Of a stretch of DNA of 63,840 nucleotides, positions 1 through 13,099 are shown one piece after another. Numbering within the stretch: position 1 is the stretch's first letter; the number at the start of each line of letters is the position of its first letter. The stretch covers positions 3,863,559-3,927,398 of the forward strand of contig NC_068990.1 of NCBI RefSeq assembly GCF_001194135.2. Reading direction: 5' to 3'. Under the pieces are notes generated by a model, which was given only the letters and a program-made list of their open reading frames with translations, had not been told where the DNA came from and did not search any database. The position numbers were made by a program, and so were the translations under genes. The DNA is from Octopus bimaculoides. Taxonomy: Eukaryota.

Positions 1-1730
1 TATGTAGATCGATTGAAACACATTTATAAGGTAGGTGTGCTGCATTATTTCACTGGATTTGAACATGTAAAAGAAGGAGCAACTACGTCAACATCGATAT
101 CGATTAGAATAATAGTATCAGTACCAACGTCAAAAATAACTCCGTAGACACTTTCTTGGAAGAAAGAGAAAGCATTTTTTTTTATAATAACAGAAATCTG
201 TTACTTTGTGTTTCTTTATGGTATTCTATAAGAACTTGTTCTCTTCTCTGAAAAGAACTCTTTGTTTTTATTCTGTTAAAGTTAACATATCACTTCCTGA
301 ATATATCAACCTTTATATACCCTTACTAAACAAATATAAGCGACATAAGACGCACAGAACAATAGCTTCGTCCCTTCTCATGTAAATGGAAGAAATGACA
401 TGATATAAAATTAAAACACACGAGACTTCACAAATACATGAACGTAAAATGCTTTGAAAAACGCACTATTGACTTGGGAAGCTGAGCAACAGACAAAACA
501 GGCTCCGGTCAGTAAAATATGATTTTTTTTTAAAAGTATAATATGATTGTTTTCTTCTGCTGCATAATCACTTTGATCTACAAGTAACAAATATTTAATA
601 AAATATCTTTATACGACGTGTGGTTTTTATCGATATGTGAGTTTTTTCTCTCTTTTATTTTATTTTATATTTTATTTTGTTGGGGTTTTTTCTCTTTGTG
701 GTGACTATGTAAACTAACTTGGTGAAAACATGCTCTAATACGTTTTTAGTACAACTGTTATGTGAGTTCTTTTGTGATGTGAAAATATATCTTTGCATTT
801 TTGTTTTCGTATATTATTATCACAAAAATATTTAACTCTTATGTTGAATCATGAAACTTGTTATATTCCAAGTTTTATTTTGAGTAAAACTTGACAGATA
901 TTATTTTTAGTATTTGTCAAAAATTTCGAGGATTTTCAACATTTGGTATTATTTTTCATACGTAGACACTCACACACGCGAGCGCGCATGCACGTATACA
1001 TACATACATACATACATACATACATACATACATGCATGCATACATGCGTGTATATGTATGTATATATATATATATATATATAAATAATATATTTATATGC
1101 ATATTTGGGTATAGGACGTCACCAACAGTAAACAACATGAAATTCGAAAACAAATGAGTTAAGTACGCAAATAACGAGAGAAAAAAAGGACAAGTAATAC
1201 GAAGAACAACCCTTCATCAGTTGTTGGCTGTCTATCTACTCACCATTTCGAGCAATCAGTGACAATATGAGTCTTCGAAGATAGTTGTTCCCATAAATAC
1301 CAAAATAAAATTTGGGATTTATGAAGGGTCAAAGTTAGGAACAAAAACAGGATAGTAGAGACATCTAGGGAAACCGAATGAAAACATAATATATAAATAA
1401 TATATATGTGTGTGCATATAGGGTACATCACATTTCCTACACACTGATTGGTCAGAATACAGTTTGCAAAACTTAACACTCTGGAGTCTATACAAATGTG
1501 TTTAAGGCACACATTTTGGCCATCTCACTGCAGTTGTAAATTGTAAAACATAACTGTCACCACTGCTGCTGTATCAACTAGTTCGATCAGAATGGACATT
1601 TAATATTCTAACATTTCATTATATTATATTATATAATATTATTGTATTATTATATTATTACAAGATTGTAAATAAAACGGGGAAATTAGAAAAAGTTGGA
1701 ATTTTTTGAATAATAATATATATATATATA

Positions 1731-2340
1731 TCAAAAGTAAGTCCAGGTATTAGTGCATTATGGCCCATTCAAGCAGCACCATTTAATCGTTCAATACAAG
1801 CATCACACCAATTTGAAAGAAACCGTTCTCCTCGGAAGCATAAGACCATGTAGGTTTTCAACATGCCGGATAGCCTATTGTAATTTTTTAGCAAATTTTT
1901 TTTTCAGAACTAGCGAATAAAATAATTACAATTCTTACTGCTATTATTGTAGCAGAATAGACTTAGGGAGAAAATACTTAAAGCCTACTATAATTTAGAG
2001 TGGCAGAAGAAAATAACAATGGTGCTCACCACTACCCTTTTTGATCCCCCATTGTTATTTTCTTCTGCCACTCTAAATTGTAGTAGGATTTAAGTATTTT
2101 CTCCCTAAGTTCATTCTGCTACAATAATAGCAGTAAGCATTGTAATTCTTTTATTCTCTAGTTCTGATGAAAAACTTGCTAAAAATTATAATAGGGTATC
2201 CTGTATATTGAAAATCTATATGGTCTTATGCTTCCGAGGAGAGCGGTTTGTTTCAAATCGGTGTAGTGCTTGCATAGATCGATTAAATAGAGCCGGTTGA
2301 AATACACTAATACCCGGACATCTTTGTTACTTATTTGCTT
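1731..2340. mobile_element. Foldback/MITE-like non-autonomous DNA transposon (~610 bp)
   Basis: Imperfect inverted arms 1741-2022 and 2049-2319 with a 26-nt spacer (e.g. gtccaggtattagtgcatt / aatacactaatacccggac); TA-rich flanks. Confidence 0.85.
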
Positions 2341-2427
2341 TATATTCACCTAACTTCGAGCTGAGCTCAACTTAAGTACCTAATTCAACTGAATCTTAAT
2401 TATTTATACGCACGCACGCACACACAT

Positions 2428-2477
<50 letters not shown>

Positions 2478-3009
2478 TGCACTTATTGCAGTGGTCTTTC
2501 AGTTGTTCTAATCCCACAAATGAACTCTGACGGCTGGACCTTCAACCAAGCCTTCCGCAGTACCTTTAAGAGCAAGAACTTTTCAGCACACTTTCGTATA
2601 TATAAATGTACAAGTAATTTTTATTTGCCTGTCGTGGTACTTAAATGAGAATGAGATGTAAGGGAACAATGTTTTTGAGATTCCGGTTCGAATGACATGA
2701 GTGTTTTTGTTTCACTTTTGACACGTAATACTTAAATAGTGGAGGAGATATGACGTTGCTGTGGGCCGGAAGTATGCAAGAAGTTAAATTTTTTTTTTAC
2801 TAAAACACAACCGAGACCCTAAGTAAAGCATGTGTAAAATTTGAATGAAATCCATTGCGTAGTTCTGGAGTTTTAGGGATTCACACAGACACACACACAC
2901 ACAGACATACATTCTCAATTTTATATATATATATAGAATATTTGACGCACGTATTGTTTGATCAATATCACCGACTTCATCTAATTCCTCTAATTTTATT
3001 TCGTTTCAG

Positions 3010-3152
3010 TTTCTGCATTCAATTTAAGTCCATCTGAGAGAGAACGATCAATTCGACAGAACATTCCAGGTCGAGACTATTCTGAATTATCTCGTCCATC
3101 AGAATTAGTTGAAGTTGATGTCGATGTACTTCTCTATATGGTAAATGAATTG
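3010..3152 (+). CDS. Candidate internal coding exon of a Cys-loop ligand-gated ion channel (nAChR-like; possibly cephalopod chemotactile-receptor-like)
   Basis: Acceptor ttattcgtttcAG (3008-09) and donor GTAAGT (3153); phase 1 in, phase 0 out. One open frame: SAFNLSPSERERSIRQNIPGRDYSELSRPSELVEVDVDVLLYMVNEL, matching the E.R......Y....RP...V.V.V..L..I.E(L/V) pattern, with the phase-0 intron where nAChR genes have one before DEKNQ. Other exons not found. Confidence 0.5.
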
Positions 3153-3301
3153 GTAAGTTACATTTGTCTTGCGCTTTATTTTTGTGAAGTTTTCTTTATG
3201 TTGTGTATCATTTAAAAAAAGATGCACGTGGTAGAAATGATGAAGCAACAGATTTAGGCGGATTACTAGTAGAATTTACATTGCATTAAATAGAATACCT
3301 C

Positions 3302-3554
3302 GGCGACGAGCTGGCAGACAAGGCGACGAGCTGGCAGAATCGTTAACACGCCGGGCGAAATGCTTAATGGTATTTCGTCTGCCGCTACGTTCTGAGTTCA
3401 AATTCCGCCGAGGTCGACTTTGCCTTTCATCCTTTCAGGGTCGATTAAATAAGTACCAGTTACGCACTGGCGTCGATATAATCGACATAATCCGTGTGTC
3501 TGTCCTTGTTTGTCCCCTCTGTGTGTAGCCCCTTGTAGGCAGTATAAAGAAATA
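3302..3554 (+). mobile_element. tRNA-derived SINE family A, full length, with TSD
   Basis: A-box TGGCAGAATCG, B-box GAGTTCAAATT, core gaggtcgactttgcctttcatcctttc...aagtaccagt; 12-bp TSD AGAATACCTCGG at 3292-3303 and 3555-3566; duplicated head. Confidence 0.9.
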
Positions 3555-3563
3555 AGAATACCT

Positions 3564-4160
3564 CGGGTGTTTTTGCCATTCTCAATACCCTGAGTTCAAA
3601 TCCCGTCGAGGTCATATCTACTTCGAATTCTCTCAGGATCAACATAGAAGAACCAATGTGATGGTTGAGCCGAGATGTAAGAATGTCGAACTGAATGCCT
3701 TGAGGTATTCGTTCCGATTTATTGAGCATTGTTTCAAATCCTGCCAAGGTCGAATTTGCCCTTCAGCCTTTCAGTATCGATCTAAAAACACGTACTAATT
3801 CAAGGCAGTGAAGTAGCGGGACTGAATACCTTGTGGTATTTGTTCCAACTCTGTAATCTGAGTTCAAATTTCGTCAAGGCCCAATTTAGAACCAACAACA
3901 CACATCTTGGGTGACATTAGCAGAGTCCACTCTGCCACAAACATTCGGGATATGTCTCCAGTTCAAGATTAGCTTCGTCTGCCACTTTTGTCAATCTTTG
4001 AGACCATGTAAAGGACCACGATCACTCCCTTTTTTTCTGAGAAAACGATTAGAAAATACGTCTCAAAATGTATTCACAACATTTTACGTTCTGATTTCGA
4101 ATCAGATCGGAGTAAACTTTGTATTTCATCCTTCCTAGATCAACAAAATAAACACCAGTT
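3564..4160 (+). mobile_element. Cluster of about four degenerate SINE family A fragments
   Basis: Repeated B-box/core relics: ctgagttcaaatcccgtcgaggtc (~3590), tttcaaatcctgccaaggtcg (~3735), ctgagttcaaatttcgtcaagg (~3860), gttctgatttcgaatc...tttcatccttcc (~4090). Confidence 0.65.
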
Positions 4161-5659
4161 TAGTGAAGAAGCCGATTTAATTAGCTGTTGCAACTCCCGC
4201 CAAAAATATATTCCGATTGGATGTCAATACTAGACATTTTTACCATGAAAACCCCATTTTCTATTTTCCAATCCTCGAGTGAGTTGTTTCACATATTCGA
4301 CATCTCTGTATATTTTAGACATCTATGTAAATTTGTTACAACGATATTTTTTGTTTTTCTAGTTGAATATATGTTTTCTAAAACATACATATAGCAAGTA
4401 TAGCTGTATGATCCATCACTTTGCTTTGCTGCCATATGATAGTAGGTGGTATTTCACTGCGTGGAACTTAGGTTGCTCAGCTGGAATTTGGTGATGTGGG
4501 GAAGATATTGAGTGGTGCTGTGCATGTACATTGCTAAAGAAACTTGTGTCTGTTTGCTTCCGTATATATAACAATATAACTTAGCTATTCGATGAGGGAT
4601 TTTGACAAAAGTTACCAGACCGGGATGATCGATGTAGCCAATGAAGCTTCTAGCAAATGCAACCAAACTGTACTTAATCGCAGTATACCATCTTCAAAAA
4701 TGATGCGTTGGATAATTTGGTCCTCTATTCAACGCATTTAAGTAAAAGACGGGGTGGTTACGTTTGGAATGTCTTTGATCAAGTGTTTCTCGACCAAGGT
4801 TAACCTTAAACAAGTATTTAGTATTGGCTGATATGAACGACTGAAGTTCATGAAAGCGATGCCCCAACATGGTCGCAATTCACTGACTGATATCAATATA
4901 AGAGAAAAACAAAGAAAGTTATAAAACTTAAATGGACATGGTCCCACTAAACACTCAATATATTTACAGGAAACTGTTTCTAATTCTTGACGGAAAAGCG
5001 AAGAAACTTTCAGTCCGTTATTTTGAGTGAAAAACAGCCGATTGAAAAAAGGTTTCCCTTGTGCAGTAGAGAATTGGAAAACCCATGTCAATATCACTGA
5101 TTACATATGAGATCATGGATACAGAAGCTAATATGCCATCGAACAACTGTTCTTTTTTTCTTCTTTTTTTTTTTTTATTTATTCGCACTTTTTGCGACCA
5201 AGACAATGACACATCTAATTATTCTCCTTTTGAAGAAAAGCTAATATCCCCTTCGTAAATCAACTTAATGAATTCTTCAAAAAATTTCCATATCGATTTA
5301 TTTCTCCCTATGCAGTTCACTACTACCAGTTTCCTCGAATTCCAGGTTTTACCAGATTAGCTCGAATCTCCTCAATGTATATAATGCCACACGAGGCAAC
5401 AGATCTGAAAGAGACCCCTCTCCATCTAGCTGTATATAAGTAGAGGAGGACAGAAACAAGTGTTGGTTGTAAGCAGTGTCAACATATACATTTTAAGCAT
5501 CCTTAGATGACTGCATTGCTGAATGAAAGACAGAACCGACGAAGCCTCTACATGGTTGCTGAGCCAATGAGATAACCTTTACAAGGTGGTCGATCCAATG
5601 AGAGAACATCTATGTGAACATTCAACTAAGAAGGGAACCTTTACATGTTTGCTTTAATT

Positions 5660-5846
5660 GCTATAAACTTTCAAAAAATAGCAACCGAATTCCATTAATC
5701 TATACCTTATTGTCTCAGAAATGGCAGAACATATTTGACAGCGTAGTCTCCCAGTTATACAAAAGGTCAAGATAGTCGAGGACAGGAAGCCGTTGATCAA
5801 AGTTCTGTTTGATGAGAGCTTATCTGAGACTAAATAACAACAACAA
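5660..5846 (-). mobile_element. Dispersed repeat family D copy (unclassified; gttgtttagcc...gatcaaaggcattccagc...tagcagccaaat motif set)
   Basis: Shares degenerate motifs with copies near 6850-7000, 12210-12400, 13100-13475, 28490-28680 and 43040-43095. Confidence 0.5.
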
Positions 5847-7481
5847 TCGTGCCAAGGATAGGCTCTCCTAAACTGACTAGTTTAGAACAGTGCCTATGAT
5901 ACTCTGAGGAATTCGGAAATGAGTTATACAAACAAATTCTTTCATCATTATAGGATTAATGCGGCTAATTGTGATAGTTGAAGTATCAAAGATTTGCCAA
6001 CTTGTTAATCTCTAAGCTATTGGAATTTAATGGATGTTCCCGATTTGTTTATTACATAATAGCAAGATTTTATTTCGATATATTCTGACGATTCATAATG
6101 TTTCAAATATTTCCTGGATAGACAAAACATTTAGGCTTCTTAGTTTTCTTTCTATGTTTCATTTCATTTGTTTTGTTTGTTTTTTCTTTTTTTTTTTGCT
6201 CATTTGATTTTTGTTTTGTTTCGTTTTCAGAATTAATCAAATCGTAAGAAATATTTGAAAAATTAATTAAATTCAATATTTCTGCAACAGTTGATTAAAC
6301 AGAAGTCATAACAATGCAAATATTAAGAATCAACTGTTTATCAAGATATTTTTCTAATTACAATAGACAGACAAATAAGCTGTGTATATTGTTGTTGTTA
6401 TTACTGCTCTGCTGCTGTTGTAACTGTTGTTGTTTTTGTTAATGTTTTTGTTTTTGTTGTTATTGTTGTTCTTTAACCTCATTTCGAACAAATCATTCCC
6501 ACTTTGACAGGTCCGTCATTTTAGGGATATTTAGGTCATTTAAAGGAATTAATCAGAGGAAGAATGACTACCCGTGGCCTTTTTCAGGGTCTTTTTTGAC
6601 TTATGATAAGGGAAGGAGGATTTCCCTAGTGGCGGCTGTGGAGATGTTTCAAAGACGTTACAGGTTGCATCTACTTTCGTACGTAGCATGCAGGGTAACA
6701 ATATTTGATGTGTCCTCTCCTTTCCCATGACGGTAGGAAGTGATTTCAGAAAGATTCGATTCCCCTTTCTAATAAATCGATTGATTATATAGATGCAAAT
6801 TTGTTGAACCATGTCAATTCCGTTGTTTATGTTGTTGTTGTTAATGTTATTGTTGTCGTTGTCGTTGACGATGATGATGTTTAGTGAAATCGGCTCTGAT
6901 CAAAGGGCTTCGATGAGCATAGTTATTATATCAAGATTACATTATCTAATTATACCCTTTTGTTTCTCAAAACTGTAGGGAGTAGCTGCTATTTCTATCA
7001 TGTCCAGTGACAACATAAGGACACCTTCACTCGCTAGACGGATAAGATGTGTTTGTTGTTCTCTTTGTATATCAACTCTAAACGAGCGCACCAATGATCA
7101 AATACATTTTAGTCGTAACTATCCCGTATTTTCCCTATACAGAAAGAGAGGAGGCCTACATTATTCCATATGTCCTTTGGTTATTTTCTAAATGGACGTG
7201 AGATTTGTTTACTTTTCTCGCAGATCGAACTGTCATCTGTTTGTTTGTTGATTCGCCGGACAAGATGCCTAGATGGTAGCATTTTTTTTTTAATTTTCAA
7301 TTTAATAGAATTAATAAAAATATAAAACCCTCTGTAGAAACAATAGAGTCTTTGAAGTGTTGCTTTCCAAGGCATAGTTTCTCCTTTCTATGCGAGAATC
7401 TCAGATCCCTACTGAGGTCATAGTTTCGATCTATCCTTTTGGGAGATGCTGTTGTTGCTTTTGCTACTGCTACTGATGCGC

Positions 7482-7518
<37 letters not shown>

Positions 7519-8822
7519 AGATCATCCTTGGTCGAGCAGATCTATGATCTTTGAGATCAAGTAAAGAAAGAAATAAAAACACGGGAATGCAGTGGCTACC
7601 GAGGCTTTAGCAAAATTAGACCCTGTTTAGGAAAAGGAAAGTTTTCAATAACAACAAAAGTCGAGTTTTAGAGCAACAGTAATTTTAAGGGTAATTAAAG
7701 ATGCGAAGAAAGAACGATAGGTGCTGAAATTGTGAAAAATCCGATGAGATGTGAAATGAAGTGGTAGAGACATATTTATAAAATGTACCTTATCATTTCA
7801 TTCAGAGGACATAAGTATAATGTCTTAAGAAGGAAATCGTTGGAAAGACTGCGATTCAGAAATTTAAAAGATATGTAATATAACACAATGCCATGACACT
7901 CTTTCCAATATATGCATAATAGACAACTACCGATAAAAGAAGTTGTGGTTACGCCACATAAATGAATGGGCGAGGACGAAGATTGTGGGAGGCATGATGT
8001 TGGCTGAATCCTGGAATACATGGATGGGGACAGTCGCATCTCTTGCTAGGCAAGTACGGCCTCCTTAGACTATGGTTTTCATTATGTAGGTCACTTTAAT
8101 TCTTGCAGCATTATATCTCTTTCTATTAGATATCATTTTATCACCATGTGAACATATGCGATGAATAACATAAAGAAGCGATCACGCATTACTCGAGACA
8201 AATTCTTGACTTAGAGATTAACAGTATTGTAGATTCGTTTCAGTTGTCTTTTTAATATTCTTGAATAGTCATGAATAGCATGAACATCCAATCGTTATTT
8301 TCTAAAATATATGGCCTTTCTTTCTGCTTAGAGGGAAAGAAAATAATATCATGCCTGATATTCATATTAATATTCTATGACTATTTTTACTGCCTTAAGT
8401 AAAAGATATGATTGATTGGAGTTCTTTTCATCAAGGGATCAACGGGCATTAAGTTTAACTAATTCTAGTATATTTGCTTCTTTCTTCTTTTATTTATATA
8501 TCTTTTTTTTATTTTTCACTTCAATACATTCTTCATATTGGTATTAAACTTTTTTATTTTTTTGTACTAGCAAAGTTGAAATATAAGGAAGGCGGTTGTG
8601 TAGAATTTCTTCCCAAACAATCGATTCTGTGAAACGTTATCCATAGTTAAACCCAATAAATTAAAGGGTGCAAACGATGACGAAGATAACTGGCAAAGAT
8701 ATTTCATCATTTGAATTTTTTTTTAATGTAATAGCTTTTATGATTGCAATCTTATTCCCCATTTGCAATTCAGAGGAATTATAATATTTATTCTAACACA
8801 AGGGCACAAGTTTGTAGAAGCG

Positions 8823-8940
<118 letters not shown>

Positions 8941-9092
8941 TATCAGTCTTTTGAAGGCTTTCTGAACTCGTTACTCTATATCTATTTACAAAACAAGATG
9001 TTTCTATAAAAAAAACATTATATTCAACTCGTCTACCATACTCTCTTGAGTAACCAAATGACAGCAACATGTACTGTCCTGTATATATAAAT

Positions 9093-9924
9093 CTAGCGGT
9101 AATACCGTCGTTGATCGGGTAATTACTTTTACTGTTTCTCGGGTCCAGAAGCTAGGAAAATGGGTATATCATATGGAAGAATAGCTTTCCGGAATCCAGT
9201 TGACTGCGATGGGACTGAAAAGACTGCAAGTCAAGTGAAACACCCATTTGTCACTGTTCCTTTAGAAGTTTGAATAGGCGGTATGCCAAAGGAGGGGCGA
9301 AAGATTCAGTTTGAACGTAAGTGAAGCTATAAGAATAGAAGAATAGTTTCACGGAAGAATAGTTTCACGGAAGAATAACTTCACGGAATTCATGCGACTG
9401 TGCGATGGCACTGAGATGGCCACAGATGAAGTAGAAGACCCATTTGTCATGGTTTCTTTTGACATTTGAATAGGCCGTATGCCCAAGGAAAATTGAAAGA
9501 TTCAGTTTAGAATGTAAACCAGGGTGAGACGACGACTACAGATTTAGTTTCACTTGTCCTGTATGTGTGAATTACATACGAGAAAAACATGTAATAACTG
9601 AAGTAGAAAAAAGATTAATTTCATATGCGAACTTCTGTTTGTTTTTCAAGTTGCAATCCAGCAACTTTTAGTGTTTAGCGCTGAGTTTTATTAATGCTCA
9701 TGGCAAAAGAAAGTGGGATAGGAAACTGTAACGACTAAAATTGCAATGGGATATTAGATGGTATAACTGGTATGCGAGGAACGAAGGCAGTGTCACCTTT
9801 ACTACAACCAGTGAGAATATCCGCCTCAATGCAGTTCCTCATAGATTTGTGCACAATTAGTGTTGTACCACTGCATAATCTGGGAGAGACAAACGAACAA
9901 ACACACAAAGGGACAATGTCTCTG

Positions 9925-9964
<40 letters not shown>

Positions 9965-10106
9965 NNNNNNNNNNNNNNNNNNNNNNNNNNNNNNNNNNNN
10001 NNNNNNNNNNNNNNNNNNNNNNNNNNNNNNNNNNNNNNNNNNACCATTCGCTTTCATTTTGGTAGACAAACAAACGGACAGAATCTCTCTTTTATATATA
10101 TATAGA
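9093..10106 (-). mobile_element. Non-autonomous Helitron with PIF1 helicase remnant
   Basis: Minus strand 5' A|TCTATATATATATAAAAGAGAG at 10106; 3' GC-rich hairpin-like segment then CTAG at 9093-96. 9641-9886 translates PRLCSGTTLIVHKSMRNCIEADILTGCSKGDTAFVPRIPVIPSNIPLQF*SLQFPIPLSFAMSINKTQR*TLKVAGL (PIF1 C-terminal motifs). Confidence 0.85.
9189..9517. repeat. Diverged ~195-bp tandem duplication plus 3x16-bp minisatellite (GAAGAATAGTTTCACG, 9338-9385) inside the Helitron
   Basis: 9189-9322 vs 9383-9517 share gcgatgg.actga...acccatttgtca...tttgaatagg.cgtatgcc.aagga...aaagattcagttt. Confidence 0.85.
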
Positions 10107-10910
10107 TAAACTCAATATCTATGCAGTACCTCAGCATTACCGCGGCCCAGTAGCTAAAACAAGTAAAAGACAGGATAGTAACAATGATTAGTGTCAGCGA
10201 AACCATATTTAATACATATGGAGAAGTTCCCTCGTCGGATACCACCATAGATAACAACACCGTCTTCGGGCAATGTTATTATCTTCAATTGTCTCAAACA
10301 ACATTAAATATTATACTCTAACACTGTGAATATACAAATCACAGACTACAAATCACGGATGTATAAATCTTCAAATCAACTCATAAATAATTAATTAATG
10401 CTAATAAATCAAGTAATGTTAATTTGATACTAAGAAAGCCGAAGAAAAAAGCTATGACAGGCTCAAGAAAAAAAAAACTGACCAAATCAGAAACAATAAA
10501 CGCTGATACATAAGACGAAGACGAAAACCTACAAGTAAATTATTATTAATATATGAACTTGTATAAACTCATTTAAATAAATTAAATACCAAAGCATTTT
10601 AAATGTACTTTTGATTAAAATAGCATGGCACGAATTTGCAGACATGTTGGATAGTGATGCAGATATATATGTATGAATGCATTAACTGGGAGGCCAGAAG
10701 ATCATTAAACAGAATAACCCTCACGTGTAAAAAAAAAAATGGACTAGTTTTTGGCCCCAAAATCCCAGAGGAAGCTAAAGCACCAAAGTCGAAGTAATCA
10801 TCACTAGCCAATGAGAGAGAAATGACAAACAACTTGTATGTAACTTTATATACAACCCACTCACACATCCTTTGAGTAGCCTCATTAAACCAAATGTGCA
10901 CTAAATAGTG

Positions 10911-11123
10911 ATTTCAAATTTTGGAACAAAGCTAGCAACTTTGGGGCAAGGGTTAAGTCGATTACATACATCCCAGTACTCAACTGGTACTTAATTAATC
11001 GATCGCGAAAGGATGAAAGACAAAGTCGACCTCGGCGGAAGTTGAACTCAGAACGAGTGGATGGACAAAATGTTCCAAAACCTGCTTCTCGGTGGGCTAA
11101 TGATCCTGTCAGCTTACCGCCTT
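10911..11123 (-). mobile_element. SINE family A
   Basis: Reverse-complement head, B-box (ttgaactcagaa), core and ...aaaatttgaaat tail. Confidence 0.85.
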
Positions 11124-12401
11124 AATATGCGCTGAATACAAGCAATAATTCGTTATCAGTCTCAAACTTAGAATCTACAACTTAATTTTAAACTTCCAAT
11201 CTACTACTTAAGCGGTTGAAAATATAAGTGATGTGTGGAATTTCCAAACCCGGAGTCAACTGAGTGGCCCGTCCATGTAAACCATTCGGTTTTAGAAAAG
11301 AATTATCACTCTATCACTGTCTATTTGAACGTCGCAGGAACTATGAAGTTAAAAGGTCATTTATTTGTATATGTGACAAAAAATTTATATTTACAGCAAA
11401 GATTTTTTTAGACAAATATTTCATGTTTCATACATGGTGACTAAACTGTAAAAAAAAAGCGTTTATCAGCAAAGCTTATGTTGATGGATAGTTGTGAAGA
11501 AGATGCGAAGATTCTAATTATCAAAATATTGGTGATTTCGTCAGAGAGAAAACAATTCAGTAAATCGAAGTGAAATGGCGGTAGAATAAGCCTACAGGAT
11601 AAACAAGACATTAGTTCAAGTGATGGTGATGATAAAATAGGGGGGCATGAATGTCAGCATGCATAAAAAGACATCAGTATTCAAAGAACTGACGGGGTCA
11701 AGTGTATATATGTATTCCAATGATATTGCATTAAATAGCTGACACCAGCCCAACTTACACAAATCTTTATATCTATAAATATGTATATTTATACACAAAA
11801 AGACAGCTACATACACGCGTGTATGTGTGTGTATATGAATGTGTGTATTTGCGCGTGTAGTTATATACATATATGTGATATATGTACACGTTTGTGTGTG
11901 TCTGTGTGTGCGTGTGTGTGTGTCAGTTCTAGACATCACCCAATAAAAATGTTAATGTCTTGTGAGCTATTAAGACTTTTTGGTGACAGTCATATTTGCA
12001 TATCAAAGACGATTCTTTGATTGTTTCTATTTTTATTGTGATTCTTATCATCCATCAAATTAAAACCGTTTTTATTCTTCAACTATAATAAAATTGGAAA
12101 GTGCAGATGGCTCTGTCGATAGCGAACCGAACAACGAACTGAAAGACAAAAAAAACGAGGAAGTATATACAAATCAACTGTAAAATTTAACAAACGAGAG
12201 AGTCGATTTAATGAAGATGTCTCCTGGTGGTCGATCGACCTGCTTGCTATAACAGTGGAATTTTCTTCAAACCAATCCTCACAGTCTTTTTTTATTCCAA
12301 ATTTACTGATACATTGGATAACGTAATTCTAAACAGAATATGTCAGAATAAAAGGAAACGCATTGCTTATGGCTAGAGTAGTTTTGATCAAAGTTATCCT
12401 C

Positions 12402-12434
<33 letters not shown>

Positions 12435-13099
12435 TTAAATTTAATATTAATATTTCAAGGTGATCGAAACTAATAGTTACATCACTAACAGGCTTCTGTC
12501 ATCTGATCGGAAAGCAAAGGGCATACAGAAACACACTAAGGGCAGGCAGAGCAGCAGAACAGTTTCTAATTTGAATGAATGAATATATCCTGAATCTCCT
12601 AAATGTTCAGATCTGGTAGAGTTACACGACAGAGAAAACAACGTCTTGTTCTGTCTGGTCACTCAGATCCTAATGAGGGAAATACGAAATAATCCACAAT
12701 TCTGGAGAATCGTACACAATTAAAAAGATGTGCGAGATAACAACTTTATATAGTATATTTTCTAGATAACTGTGATAAGTTATTTTGCTGTTAGTAATGA
12801 AAAACTGGTGTTTCGAGCTCTGGCCGTTCGCCTGACAGTGAGAATCAGTTATGTCGTAGAAAACTGAAAATAAATCGTGACACAGAAGTCGGATGAGTCT
12901 GTTGGTCAATAAATACGTTTGTTACACATTGATATATTTCGCAGCTATAAGTAGCGGCATCCCTATGAAGCTGACGAGGAGTTACGTTTCACTATTCATT
13001 ATGGGAATGAATGCTCTTCTATGGAAGATGATGAAAGGATTTAGGCCTGTAACTAATACTTGTAAAACTCAATATTAGAGTCGAACCAACATCCTTGGC

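Noticed and set aside
1-36. Strong donor AAG|GTAGGT at 30/31
   Set aside because: Only 30 nt of upstream sequence is available. Its open frame ends in phase 0, incompatible with direct splicing to the phase-1 exon at 3010, so it cannot be supported.
543-587. Hydrophobic MIVFFCCIITLIYK as a signal-peptide exon for the 3010 exon
   Set aside because: The available GT gives phase 2, not phase 1, and the frame stops immediately.
1205-1290. CTGATGA and GAAA on the minus strand (hammerhead-like, PLE-type repeat)
   Set aside because: I could not build stems II and III or an NUH site in either register; at most a decayed relic.
4560-5000. Possible RTE-type RT relic
   Set aside because: Only scattered 3-5-residue resemblances; too decayed to call.
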